A stretch of 64,000 bases of DNA from Eledone cirrhosa (taxonomy: Eukaryota), in NCBI GenBank assembly GCA_964016885.1, contig OZ024741.1, forward strand, positions 15,996,001 through 16,060,000. The letters run 5' to 3'. Within the stretch, counting starts at the first letter, position 1, and each line of letters begins with the position of its first letter. Made by a program: the position numbers and the translations under genes. Below are positions 1 to 14,019 of this stretch, one piece after another. A model generated the notes under the pieces. That model worked only from the letters and a program-made list of their open reading frames with translations. It was not told the DNA's origin and searched no databases.

Positions 1-99
1 AGTACTCAATACTAGTACTAGAGTGGGTAATGGGAACGAGTAGGACCCCGACGGCTGAGCTCAAGCCGTTTCGACGGCTAATTCTGGACTGAATAATAC

Positions 100-1075
100 G
101 ATAAATCTTTGTTTACATTTTCGATATATGGTTTAAGAAAATGGAAGTAGTTCTATTTTATTATAGAAGATTATTTTATATATTCAATAGTTGCATCAAG
201 ATAGGAATAAATTTACGAAATTTTAATAAATTTTAATATTTATGTAAAGTTTAGCTGTTATTTAGAAAAAATGTGTAAGCGTGTTACATTTCAAAGGAAA
301 AAGATAACTCGAAAATTTCTATATTTACCGTTTATTCTAGAATTTACTTCAAAATAATATTCAAATTATGATATATGGAAAAATTATTTTATATATCATT
401 TCATAGTATCATATATTACATATTTTCTAAAGTAAACATTTTTATAAATGTATTTTGAGAGCATTCCTTATATCTATGCATAGGTTAATAATATTAAGTA
501 TTTATATGTATGGATTTACAATGTCTATAGAGTCTATTAGGAAGAAATTCTACAGACATCCAAAGTATATTCGAAAACATATTTAAAACCATCACAAAAT
601 AAAATACATTCAAAAATATCATTTAAAAAACATCACAAAAAAAAACCTACAAAGCACGGCGAAGACATATAAAATGTAAACAGGTGAGATATAGAGGAAA
701 TAAATAATATTTTCTATAGATTATAGATACTTCCAAAAGTCTTAGACTGACGATGTCTGCAAGAGTTAAATGACTCTTTTTGTTTATAGTGTTTTTTTTT
801 ATTGGTATCTGATGAGGGCGTACCAAAAGTTTTGGTACCCTTGAAATGTATATAATAATGAATATGGTTTTATAAAGATAGTTTCCATTTATTAATATTA
901 TTGATATTATACTCCAGAAGAAATATTGTAGAGTGCTTCTAATCTGTTATAAACTAAATTAAACAACACATTGCTCTTATTTATATATATGTGTGTGGAG
1001 AGGAGTAAATATCTATTGAAATGGAGAAGAGCAACGAGTGCTTCCACCACTACATAATATTCAAAGAAGAGTACT
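100..1075 (+). mobile_element. Highly decayed Penelope-like element remnant (RT-EN linker/GIY-YIG-like traces followed by a pseudo-LTR with a hammerhead motif)
   Basis: Broken-frame traces KITRKFLYLPFI (~298-336), NIKYLYV (~489-509) and VY-LGRNS..RKHI (~531-582) resemble the PLE linker and GIY-YIG. The hammerhead-bearing segment that follows recurs at 9719-10055. Boundaries are approximate. Confidence 0.45.
797..865 (+). ncRNA. Type I minimal hammerhead ribozyme motif, copy 1
   Basis: CTGATGA 809-815; stem II centred on gtaccaaa/tttggtac; GAAA 843-846; quasi-palindromic stem III tgtata; UH=TA 853-854; stem I is imperfect. Confidence 0.6.
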
Positions 1076-1149
1076 CATTACAAAGGGTACAGTAAAAAAG
1101 AATTAAAACCGGAACTTTTACTCTGTCGCTACTCTGAGTTCAGCGTGTA

Positions 1150-1370
1150 CAACAGTAGTATAATAGAATGTTGGACGTGATACATACATTCTAATATATT
1201 TTGATCATGTATCAATTTCAAATTCTAATGGAGTTAGTCGACCCTCAAGTCATTGGAACCGAGGTCAATAAAATATCACACATATATACCAGACAATATT
1301 TTCCCTCCCAATAACCTTTACAATTCCTCTCATAATTCTCTGGCTTTGTACCAACGTAACCAAAAAACAA
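1150..1370 (+). mobile_element. Old, degenerate copy of the SINE family seen at 2040-2225
   Basis: Collinear motifs: tttcaaattc (B-box-like), gaggtcaataaaata versus ggggtcgataaaata, and aattctctggctttgtacc versus aattgctggccttgtgcc. Confidence 0.45.
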
Positions 1371-1471
1371 TACATTAATTTTTAAATGTTTCTCGTCAAA
1401 TTATATATTTTACTTTTCGTTTCAAATCAAACAACTTTTGTTTACATGAAAATATAAAAAATATACATGAT

Positions 1472-1475
<4 letters not shown>

Positions 1476-1543
<68 letters not shown>
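1476..1543. repeat. (CT)n microsatellite
   Basis: Pure dinucleotide run. Confidence 0.97.
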
Positions 1544-1547
<4 letters not shown>

Positions 1548-1688
1548 ACACACACACATATATATATATATTCACATATATACATATATATGAAAATATA
1601 AAAAAATCGATGATATAATCTATGAATTAATCATTCTATAAAAGAAAAAAGTTTGAAGATATTTCAGATTAAAACAAAAGCTACATCG

Positions 1689-1689
<1 letters not shown>

Positions 1690-1781
<92 letters not shown>
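1690..1781. repeat. (AT)n microsatellite
   Basis: Pure dinucleotide run. Confidence 0.97.
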
Positions 1782-1787
<6 letters not shown>

Positions 1788-2039
1788 TATATATATATAT
1801 ATATAAACACACATATATATATATAAAAACCATTGCTAGAACTTTGGTAAAATAATTTCCACATTTAATTCTTGTTGTTTTATCTTGTTTTAGTGTTGTA
1901 GTTGTAGTTGTTATCTATATGTTCCATGTTTTATGTGTGATTCCAGCAGACATATTCATAAAAAAAACCCATTTCGGGAGTCTCTGTTGTCCACCTCTGG
2001 TTGTCTCCTCTTACAAACGCTTATTATTTATTTATTTGT

Positions 2040-2225
2040 AGGGCGGTGGATTGGCAGTATCGGTAGAGGGTCGGACGCCATGCTTTCCAGCATAGTTACG
2101 TCCCTTTACGATCTGAGTTCAAATCTCGCCGAGGTTGACTTTGCCTTTCATCCTTACGGGGTCGATAAAATAAAGTACCAGTAATGCACTGGATAATTGC
2201 TGGCCTTGTGCCTAAAGTAGAAACA
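2040..2225 (+). mobile_element. tRNA-type SINE with Nin/Deu-like central domain, flanked by a 17-bp target-site duplication
   Basis: A box TGGCAGTATCGG 2052-2063; B box GTTCAAATC 2117-2125; central gactttgcctttcatccttacggggtcgataaaataaagtaccag; direct repeat attatttatttatttgt at 2023-2039 and 2226-2242. Confidence 0.85.
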
Positions 2226-2433
2226 ATTATTTATTTATTTGTTATTAACCTCATATTCCTCCTCCCCCTCTCACTCTCTCTATCTATCTCTCTTTCCCTC
2301 TCTCTCTCACACACACTCTCTCTCTGTTGACGTTCTTCTGACAGTCGTTGTTCACATTTTAAAAGTTATATATTATTATATACGTTAAACGTGTTGTATG
2401 TTGTGGTTGTTATCTATGTTGCTTGTTGCCGCT

Positions 2434-2926
2434 ACACACACTCACACACACACATATACTCACACACACATACTCAGATACACACACACACTCACACACA
2501 CACACACACACACACTCACACAAACACATATACTCACACACACATACTCAGATACACACACACACCCACACACACACACTCACATACACATACACTCACA
2601 CACACACACACACTCACTCACACACACACTCACACACACACTCACACACACACATTCACACACACACACACTCACACACACACACTCACATACACATACA
2701 ATCACTCACACACACTCACATACACACACTCACACACACACACACACACTCACACACACACACTCACACACACACACTCACACACATACACACACACATA
2801 CACACTCACACACACACTCACACATACACACACTCACACACACACACACACTCACACACACACACTCACATACACACACTCACACACACACACACACACT
2901 CACACACACACACTCACACACACACA

Positions 2927-2967
<41 letters not shown>

Positions 2968-3262
2968 ACACACACTCACATACACATACAATCACTCACA
3001 CACTCACATACACACACTCACACACACACACACACACTCACACACACACACTCACACACCCACTCACACACACACACTCACACACACGTGTATATATATA
3101 TACATCATCCACACACATACTCTCTCTCTCTCTATCTCTCACATACAAACAAAAACTCACACACACTCAACCTCTCTCTCACACACACATGTATATATAT
3201 ACACCCTCCGCACACATACTCACACACACACACATTCGCACACACACGCGCACACACACACA
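2434..3262. repeat. Compound (CA)n repeat interrupted by CT/TA, with repeated higher-order blocks
   Basis: CA runs punctuated by ctca. Blocks recur, e.g. catacacatacaatcactca at ~2688 and ~2978, and catactcagatacac at ~2469 and ~2543. Confidence 0.95.
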
Positions 3263-3268
3263 TATATA

Positions 3269-5052
<1,784 letters not shown>

Positions 5053-5224
5053 TATGATTGTTTATTAATGTGCATGTATGTTTAAGTGTGTGTGTGTATA
5101 TGTGAGTTGTATGTATTTAAATACCCGTATCTCAAACCAAACATATGGCACTATTAAAAACTAATGGATCTGCAAGACTTTGCAAATTATATGTTTAGGA
5201 TTATTGTCATTATTTTCATAAATA

Positions 5225-5514
5225 TTGTTGTTGTTGCTGTTGTTGTTGTTGTTGTTGTTCTCGTTGTTGTCGTTGTTGTTGTCGTTGTTGTCGTTGTTGT
5301 TGTTGTTGTTGTTGCTGTTGTTGCTGTTGCTGTTGTTGCTGTTGTTGCTGTTGTTGTTGTTGCTGTTGTTGCTGTTGCTGTTGTTGCTGTTGTTGCTGTT
5401 GTTGCTGTTGTTGTTGTTGCTGTTGTTGCTGTTACTGTTGCTGTTGTTGTTGTTGCTGTTGTTGCTGTTGCTGTTGTTGTTGTTGTTGTTGTTGCTGTTG
5501 TTGCTGTTGCTGTT
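5225..5514. repeat. (GTT/GCT)n trinucleotide repeat
   Basis: Uninterrupted triplet phase. Confidence 0.96.
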
Positions 5515-5636
5515 GGTGTAGTTGTTGTCAGTGCCAGTGTAGACAGCGGCGTGTGAGCCAGTTTTACGGCCTCTTCATCTAATTTGCTTACAACGTCCGG
5601 CCAATATTTTGATTCATTCTGTAATATTGTCAAGAT

Positions 5637-6706
5637 ATCACCACCACCACCACCACCACCATCATCACCACCACCACCATCATCACCATCATCCCCACCA
5701 CCACCACCACCACCACCATCATCACCACCACCACCATCATCACCATCATCCCCACCACCATCACCACCACCACCATCATCACCACCATCACCACCACCAC
5801 CATCATCACCACCACCACCATCATCACCATCATCCCCACCACCATCACCACCACCACCATCATCACCACCACCACCATCATCACCATCATCCCCACCACC
5901 ATCACCACCACCACCATCATCACCACCACCACCATCATCACCATCATCCCCACCACCATCACCATCACCACCATCATCACCATCATCACCATCATCACCA
6001 CCACCACCACCATCACCATCATCACCACCACCATCATCACCATCATCCCCACCACCACCACCTTCACCACCACCACCATCATCACCATCATCACCATCAT
6101 CACCACCACCACCATCATCACCATCATCCCCACCACCATCACCATCACCACCACCACCATCACCATCATCCCCACCACCATCACCATCACCACCATCACC
6201 ATCATCATTACCATCATCACCATCATCACCACCATCACCACCATCATCACCACCACCACCATCATCACCATCATCCCCACCACCACCACCATCACCATCA
6301 CCACCATCACCATCATCATTACCATCATCACCATCATCACCACCATCACCACCATCACCACCATCACCACCACCATCATCACCATCATCACTACCATCAC
6401 CACCATCACCACCACCACCACCACCACCACCATCACCATCATCACCACCATCACCACCACCATCATCACCATCATCACTACCATCACCACCATCACCACC
6501 ACCACCACCACCACCATTACCACCACCACCATCATCGCCATCATCACCACCATCACCACCATCACCACCACCACCATCATCACCACCACCACCATCACCA
6601 CCATCACCATCATCATCATCATCACCATCATCCCCACCATCACCATCATCATCACCATCACCATCATCACCATCATCACCATCACCATCACCATCACCAT
6701 CATCAT
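5637..6706. repeat. ~1.07 kb (CAC/CAT)n compound trinucleotide array
   Basis: cca/tca triplets stay in phase throughout, with recurring ccatcatccccaccacca blocks. Confidence 0.97.
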
Positions 6707-6817
6707 CCTTCTTTGTTATCGCTATTACTGTTATATCTTACCATGTCACTCTGCCCCCCCCCCCCCCCCAATCTTCCCGTGGATTTTATCCATTCCATAT
6801 TGTATTTGTTATTATTA

Positions 6818-6818
6818 C

Positions 6819-6866
<48 letters not shown>

Positions 6867-7410
6867 AGTTCTTGTAATTGTTGTTGTTGTTGCTGTAGTT
6901 CTTGTAGTTGTTGTAGTAGTTGTTGTAGTAGTTGTAGTAGTAGTAGTTGTAGTAGTTGTTGTAGTTGTAGTAGTTGTTGTAGTTGTAGTAGTTATCGTTG
7001 CTGTTGTCGTTATTGCTGTTGTTGTTGTAGTTGTAGTAGTTGTCCCCCCTCTATTGTAGTCTTATCAGTATAATGTCGCTTAAGTCCTTCAATTTCAAAA
7101 GATATATCTCTATTTCGTTATATTTCTATATTCTGGCCGCCATTATTACTAATAGTTTTGTCTTTTTATCACTCATTTACATTATTTATTACAGTTATTG
7201 TTATTGTTATTGCTGCTGTTGTTGTTGTTGTTGTTGTTGTTATTATTACTATTGTTGTTGTTGTTATCACCATCACCGTCATCATCATAATGACCACTAT
7301 CATCATGTTTATCACCAATATCATCATCATGACCACCACCACCACTACCACCCCCACCCCCACCACCACCACCACCACCACCACCACCACCACCACCACC
7401 ACCACCACCA
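6818..7410. repeat. (GTT/GTA)n and (CAC)n trinucleotide repeats
   Basis: Runs at 6818-7042, ~7195-7265 and 7333-7410. Confidence 0.92.
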
Positions 7411-7932
7411 TCAACGTAAGTAATCGTTTATTTCTGCTAATTTTTCGCCATTACTATATTGACGTCGTCCATTCAAGCCTCTGTCTTCCTATCTTCTCCC
7501 GATCCCTTTCCTTCTCTCTCATCATATCTCCCTCCCACCATCTCTCTGCCTATTGATATCTATCTCTATCACCACCACCGCCACCGCCGCCACCACCACC
7601 ACCACCACCGCCGCCATTATATAGAAACCATATTTCAACCGTTCAGATTCCTAAGATTATATCATTTATATCATATTTACGACGGATATCCGTTCGGTAA
7701 TAACTGTAATAGTTATTTGTGAATCAACGTTATCGAGTCTGCTCCATTGCCACTGTCAATAGCCCCCCGCCCCGCCCCCCAACAGTCGTACCACCCTCCA
7801 CCCCCTAACCCCACCGTCCGCGACATTTGTCTTTCGGTCCGTCTGTCTGTCTTTCTTTCACACACTCCACTTTGTCTTCACAACCCATCTCTCTCTTTCT
7901 CAATCTTTCTCTCACACTCTCTTTCTTACTTC

Positions 7933-7933
<1 letters not shown>

Positions 7934-8011
<78 letters not shown>
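7934..8011. repeat. (CT)n microsatellite
   Basis: Pure run. Confidence 0.96.
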
Positions 8012-8017
<6 letters not shown>

Positions 8018-8108
8018 TGTCACTCACTCTCTCTCTTTCTCTGTCACTCACTCTCTCTCTTTAACATATCTCAGTTCTTTCCAGATTTCGATCTCTCGTT
8101 ACTTATAC

Positions 8109-8194
8109 ATGTATGTGTGTATGTATGTATGTATGTATGTATGTATGTATGTATGTATGTATGTATGTATGTATGTATGTATGTATGTATGTAT
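8109..8194. repeat. (ATGT)n tetranucleotide repeat (left flank of the RTE derivative)
   Basis: Direct reading. Confidence 0.95.
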
Positions 8195-8790
8195 TGGTGC
8201 TACTGGTAACATCTATCCTAGTACAATCTGTCACATGGTCGGGTCGTTGGCGACTAAACTGGCAACCCCACCAAGGTTTCTTGGTGAGGAGGGTGACTTT
8301 GGACATCCTGCAGGACTAAAAACAAAACCTGTCAAAAGGCAAAGGAGCTCTTAAGAGTCAATGGCCATCCAAAATCACCGGGAGAGATTACCCCTTAGCC
8401 TTTGTCAAGGCAGAATTCTAGGAGAAGGAAAACTCTGATATAACACCTGCAACCCTGATGGTATCCAATGATGTTGACTTGTTCTTCTTTTTGGTAAATA
8501 TCATCTTGGTTAAGAGAGTGGGACTGGCTTTGTGCAGTGCCTTTGCTCACTATAAAAGCTTCACGGCACAGGCATTGCTTTATATCTGGAGATCTCTCTG
8601 CACTTGTCATCACATGGTACCATGGGTCCAGCACTATGTGTCAATAACTGTCACAAGTGTAGTGTTTGTACCAGAGTTTTCAAGTCGTTGGCTGGACTAA
8701 AAAGTCACACTCGTTCAGCGCATCGGTAGGGGTTCTCCTACATGGATATAAAGTAGTGGCCGTACTCGAAAACGAGTTGGCAGCCACCAT
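8195..8790 (+). mobile_element. Non-autonomous, internally deleted RTE-clade LINE derivative (5'UTR-like part joined to ORF C-terminal zinc finger, 3' stem-loop and (ATGT)n tail)
   Basis: 8658-8729 reads CSVCTRVFKSLAGLKSHTRSAHR* (C2H2, typical of RTE ORF ends). Stem-loop gtggc..actcg-aaaa-cgagt..gccac at 8756-8787 sits directly before the tail. RTE-5'UTR-like ggagaaggaaaactctga at ~8421-8438. Confidence 0.72.
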
Positions 8791-8892
8791 GTATGTATGT
8801 ATGTATGTATGTATGTATGTATGTATGTATGTATGTATGTATGTATGTATGTATGTATGTATGCATGCATACATGCATACATGCATGTATGT
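8789..8892. repeat. (ATGT)n tail of the RTE derivative
   Basis: Direct reading. Confidence 0.95.
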
Positions 8893-8934
8893 ATAATAGA
8901 TATATGTATAAAAATATATGTATATATATAATAT

Positions 8935-8984
<50 letters not shown>

Positions 8985-9335
8985 ATTTTAATAAATATTT
9001 GCTCTACGGTTCTTATATATTTGATATATATTTATCCTTATCGAACCGTCTTTGGATTTTAGTCTTCAAATTTATTATTATTACTATATTGAAATATATA
9101 TATATTGAAATATTTACTTCTGCGTTCACAGATTGATTTTTTTAGTTTCAGAAGATCCCGTTAAGGAAATAATAAATGTGAAGACTAAAATCCAAAGAGG
9201 GCTCGATAAGGATAAATATATACCAAATATATGTATTAGAAACTAACAAAGTCAATCTGTAAACGCAGAAGTGGATATTTCAAATAACGTTGTAACCGGA
9301 GGAATACAGGAAGACGATACTTTGGTTCGTGGAAA

Positions 9336-9563
9336 ACGTTCGCTGGCAAAGAACGGGAAAAAAACGAATATAATACGTCATTAATAGGAGCGGTGAAAAC
9401 AATTACACGCAAAGACAAAACCACGTTTATGGTATAAAAGAGGTCGTAGACTAATGTTCTCTTAGGTGGTGCATAGAGACGTTCTCTGGCAATGAACGGA
9501 AAAAACGAAGATAATACGTCGTATGTGGAGCAATGAGAAAAATTACACGCAAAGACACAACCA
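9336..9563. repeat. Diverged direct repeat, two ~87-bp copies 143 bp apart
   Basis: acgttcgctggcaaagaacgg...aattacacgcaaagacaaaacca (9336-9423) versus acgttctctggcaatgaacgg...aattacacgcaaagacacaacca (9479-9563). Confidence 0.85.
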
Positions 9564-9718
9564 TATATATATATATATATATGTAGAGGTTATATTTAAT
9601 TTGTTCGGATACAACAAGCAAAATATTTTTATAACTGATATAAAGCACTCAACAAATTATTGGAGTAAATATCCAGGAGATTCCAACCAGAATGGTTGCA
9701 TTTTTTAAGGGCATGTCA

Positions 9719-10055
<337 letters not shown>

Positions 10056-10363
10056 TGTAAATTATGTAAACTATATATATGTGTTTGTGTCTATATTGTA
10101 TCTGTATTATTTTTGACCGTCGGTCAGTCAATGGCAACATCGAGGACCGATTAAGTTAGATCGCAGATATAAAAGACAGCGAGAAGCGAAAACCAACCAA
10201 ACAGTGAGTGTGTTCTGTTATTAATTCTGGCAATATTACACAAATATGACCCTCCCCAAGTATAACAATATTTGTTTCGACACACGATTTCATATAAAAA
10301 ACCTCGCTAAACTAATTCATCGCCGCTATATATATTCATATTTATATATATATATATGTGTGC

Positions 10364-10476
<113 letters not shown>

Positions 10477-10485
10477 ATGTTTTAA

Positions 10486-10770
10486 GAACAGTCAGATAAA
10501 ATTTACCCAATTTTTATTCTTAGTCCGTAGAAATTAACTAGACAAATAATCATTTAAACGGAGCTAAGTTTAAAATGTCATTTTGAAGAAATAACAGATA
10601 TATGTTATCGATATTCCTTTGTGAGGAACAGTCAGATAGTATTTACCTAGTCTTTCCTCTTAGTCAGTAGAAATTAACTAGACAAATAATCATTTAAACG
10701 GAGCTTTAAACGGAGCTAAGTTTAAAATGTAAGTTTGAAGAAAAAAATAGATAAATGTTACCAAAAATTC
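10486..10770. repeat. 140-bp tandem duplication, with a nested duplication of ttaaacggagct in copy 2
   Basis: gaacagtcagata...gtagaaattaactagacaaataatcatttaaacggagct starts at 10486 and at 10626. Confidence 0.9.
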
Positions 10771-10934
10771 CTATAGTCCCGACTGTCGACAGTTTCACTC
10801 GTACTTTGTGGATATGTGTAATCATTGCATTATCCATGAGGTTTCGAGCTTATCAAGAGACTCCCTTAGGTAGGACCAAAATTTCCTAAGTGACCGCCGT
10901 TAGTAACAAATTCAAAGGGGGTGAAAATCATCAC

Positions 10935-11469
10935 GTGGCTAGAATACCCCATACATTTGTGGAAAAAACAGGATATTACCAGTAAGTTATTTACTCCATT
11001 ATGGGTGGTCTACCCTAACCGTATCTCTTCAGGAAATATATATAATTAAAAAAATAATAATAAATTGATTAATATCATAAGATATTTTTAAATCTGTATA
11101 TGATAAATAACAGAACGCACTACCCTATGTTTTGAAAAAGAAAACACTCCTTTTAACAACCCCTGCTATAACCAATTAACAGATTTAACATATTTTAACA
11201 TGCTTGTAAGAGAAAAAAACACTGATAAATCCATAATTTTGCATGCCTGAAAAAATACCCAACCTTACGCTGTACCTTTGAAACTTTAAATTCCATATTT
11301 TGGATGCACTTTTCTTTGAATATTTTAATATTCTTGATAACTTGTCTTATGGGTATTAATCAATTTATTGTTACTTTTTATTCTATATATTTTTTGAAGA
11401 GATACGGTTTGGGTATACCACGCATTATGGAGTAAATAACTAACTGGTAATATGGGATATTCTAGCCGC
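10935..11469. mobile_element. MITE-like fold-back element with ~130-150 bp inverted repeats
   Basis: 10935-11085 (gtggctagaata...attaccagtaagttatttactccat...accgtatctcttca...aataaattgattaata) is the reverse complement of ~11340-11469, apart from a ~22-bp indel. No TSD was identified. Confidence 0.78.
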
Positions 11470-11802
11470 ATTGAAACGTCCGTAGCGATGTATAAATAAA
11501 TAATAATGATACTGTCCTTGGTTTTTCTTGAATATTATATATATATATATATATATTGGTACAGTTAGGTATATTTGAAAAAAAGGAAAAGAATGACTTC
11601 ACTTGTAGTTCTAAATAATCTGATTTAATCTTATATTATATTATGAGTTGGTAGATCTATATATATATATATATATATAACTTTCTGTCTACTCTGGGAT
11701 TTTTACATAACCTTACCTATTGAGTATGCTGAGATGCAACTGATACTAGCAGGGAAACTTATGCTAGTTCCGTCAACTTATTATTGTTATTATATATGTG
11801 GG

Positions 11803-11924
<122 letters not shown>

Positions 11925-12099
11925 GTGTCTTCTTGTTTAAGCCAAATACAGACGTTATCCAGCAGATATCAAAGACATTCTAGCTGTAAATAACTTATCT
12001 TTTATTCTGATATAGAATATACAGGACTGCATTTTCCAATGTGTTCTTTAATTTTTAAGACGGGATGATGTGATTTAGAGGAAGTGAGGGAGAGATAGG

Positions 12100-12965
12100 A
12101 TTTGGCTGTGCTATTTCCAGGTCGCACACCCAACATATAATCATAAAATCTGTTGTGTATGCACTTGTTTGAAGATTTAATGGTGGAGGGGTAAACAACA
12201 CATGTGAACTTGTTGCGACTTTGTGAGAAATTTGTTGTAAATTGCGCCAACAGTATTTTCGATGTTTCTAAATATTTTGTAATCTCACAAAAACCTATTT
12301 CAAATTCTCTCTCCCCTTGTTGCTTAGATGTTTTGTGAAATAATGCAAAGATTTTATATAGAAACAAATATATAATTATAGAAGATGTGTGGGTGTACTC
12401 AACACCAATAATAGTTTTCATATTTATCGCAGAGAAGTCTTTCATATACATGACATCGTATATTGTTTTAACAAGAACATAATATCTTACTACGGGGAAT
12501 GGTATTACATTGATGACATTTTGAAGCAGCTGTTGATCCCATATGTACTGTCTTATACAGATTGTCACATAGTTGACATTTTTATGCTTCCTTTATCTGC
12601 TATCTTCTGCTCTCGGATTGTAAAACATAACATTTGAAATGTAACATAATAATGTAATCAAAAGAGCTTCTGTATTCCCTGTCAATGCTGGCTTCGCTCT
12701 AAAACATTTCGGGTAAAATAGACATGCATTTCCTTTTGTTGGTATGAAAAGCATTTCTTCTCCAGGTTTATGTTAAGTTAGATCTGACCAGCAGCTTTGA
12801 GGTCACATAAGACATCGTGGTGAACTGGGTGCTTCTTGAGTGCATCACTATTGTTTATTATGAGAAACAAAAGTATTTCCCCTGCTTACATAATCAGCTT
12901 AATATCTTATCTATTGCCTGCTAAGATGTTGGTGAAAGTTAAAACTTTGAGAAATCATATATTTA
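12100..12965 (-). pseudogene. Decayed Penelope-like reverse transcriptase
   Basis: RT motifs in the correct order across broken minus-strand frames: YDFSK (~12945-12959, motif A), LYK..HMGSTAA (~12525-12560, motif B), MYMKDFSAIN (degenerate YIDD motif C) and EITKYLETSKIL..NFSQ (PLE thumb-like). Confidence 0.6.
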
Positions 12966-13127
12966 TGGAAGGATAGAATTCTATAATATGAAATTGCGAA
13001 GAATTGAGGAAATTGCGAGAGTATTGGTGGTGGTAGTAGAAGGGAGGATAGTTGTAGTGGTAATGATGCTAGTGGTGGTGATGATGGTGATGATGGTAAA
13101 CGTAGTGGTTGTCAAAGTTGCTATTGT

Positions 13128-13160
<33 letters not shown>

Positions 13161-13185
13161 ATGTGTGTGTATGTGTGTGTGTGTG

Positions 13186-13289
<104 letters not shown>

Positions 13290-13543
13290 GAGCTATTTTT
13301 TTGTTGATTTGTTTAATAAAGTTGTTCTAAATTCCGTTATTGGCTGCTGTTCTTGTTTTATGGTTTGGTTGGTTGATCAGTTGGCTGATAGAAAAATCAA
13401 TCGTTTTCAATTACAGACCAATCCCAACTTTCTACATTTACTAACAACACCACCGCCACCTCAATCCTGTTACCACTACTATTACTACCACCTCCAACAA
13501 CAACAACAACCCTCTATTATTAGTACTATCTCTACCTCTACCT

Positions 13544-13922
13544 CAGTGTTTCTCAACCTTTTCGACCCCCCGGGGCCCACTTTTAGCTCCAGAAAAATGT
13601 CCGGGCCCACTTATTTTACAAGCATAAACTAGTGCTTAAAAGTTATTCCGGACTATAACCCCCACATGATATATATACTAGTGCTTCTCAATCTTGTTGT
13701 CCTCCCGGCCCACTTTACTCCCTAGAAATTGCCAGGGTCAGTGCTCAAAGAGCATTCTGGAACACTTACCCCATATGATCCCGACTGCATTTAAATTTTG
13801 TGTGATCTTAAGTTCCAAGAAAGTCTGAAAAAATGTCCAAGCCCACTGAAATTTCTCCGAGCCCACTCAAAATTGTCCCGGGCCCACTGAGTGGGCCCTT
13901 GGCCCACCGTTGAGAACCACTG
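13544..13922. mobile_element. hAT (Charlie-like) MITE, 379 bp, with 8-bp TSD
   Basis: TIRs CAGTGTTTCTCAAC / GTTGAGAACCACTG; TSD ctctacct at 13536-13543 and 13923-13930; repeated subterminal GCCCAC motifs. Confidence 0.92.
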
Positions 13923-14019
13923 CTCTACCTCTACTTAAGCACAACCAATCATTGAAGTTGTAACTCAGTATTTTAAAGAAGTAAGTTAACATGGGACAGT
14001 GGCTTACCAGCATTGCAGA

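Noticed and set aside
43-90. Minus-strand half-hammerhead (CGAAACGGCT..AGCCGTC) and hairpin agccgt-ttcg-acggct at 64-79
   Set aside because: No CUGANGA core or matching stem I within the window. It may be a decayed ribozyme, but the sequence here does not support the call.
5584-7059. 491-aa Pro/Ser extensin-like ORF and overlapping poly-His and Met/Val ORFs
   Set aside because: CAC/CAT triplet arrays are stop-free in several frames by construction. There is no ATG start and no other support for a gene.
8622-8729. Host C2H2 zinc-finger gene exon
   Set aside because: A single finger with no TGEKP linker, followed by a stop, a stem-loop and a repeat tail, fits an RTE 3' end better.
12002-12568. 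188-aa ORF as an intact gene
   Set aside because: It is a partial frame of a frameshifted RT fossil that has lost a catalytic aspartate.
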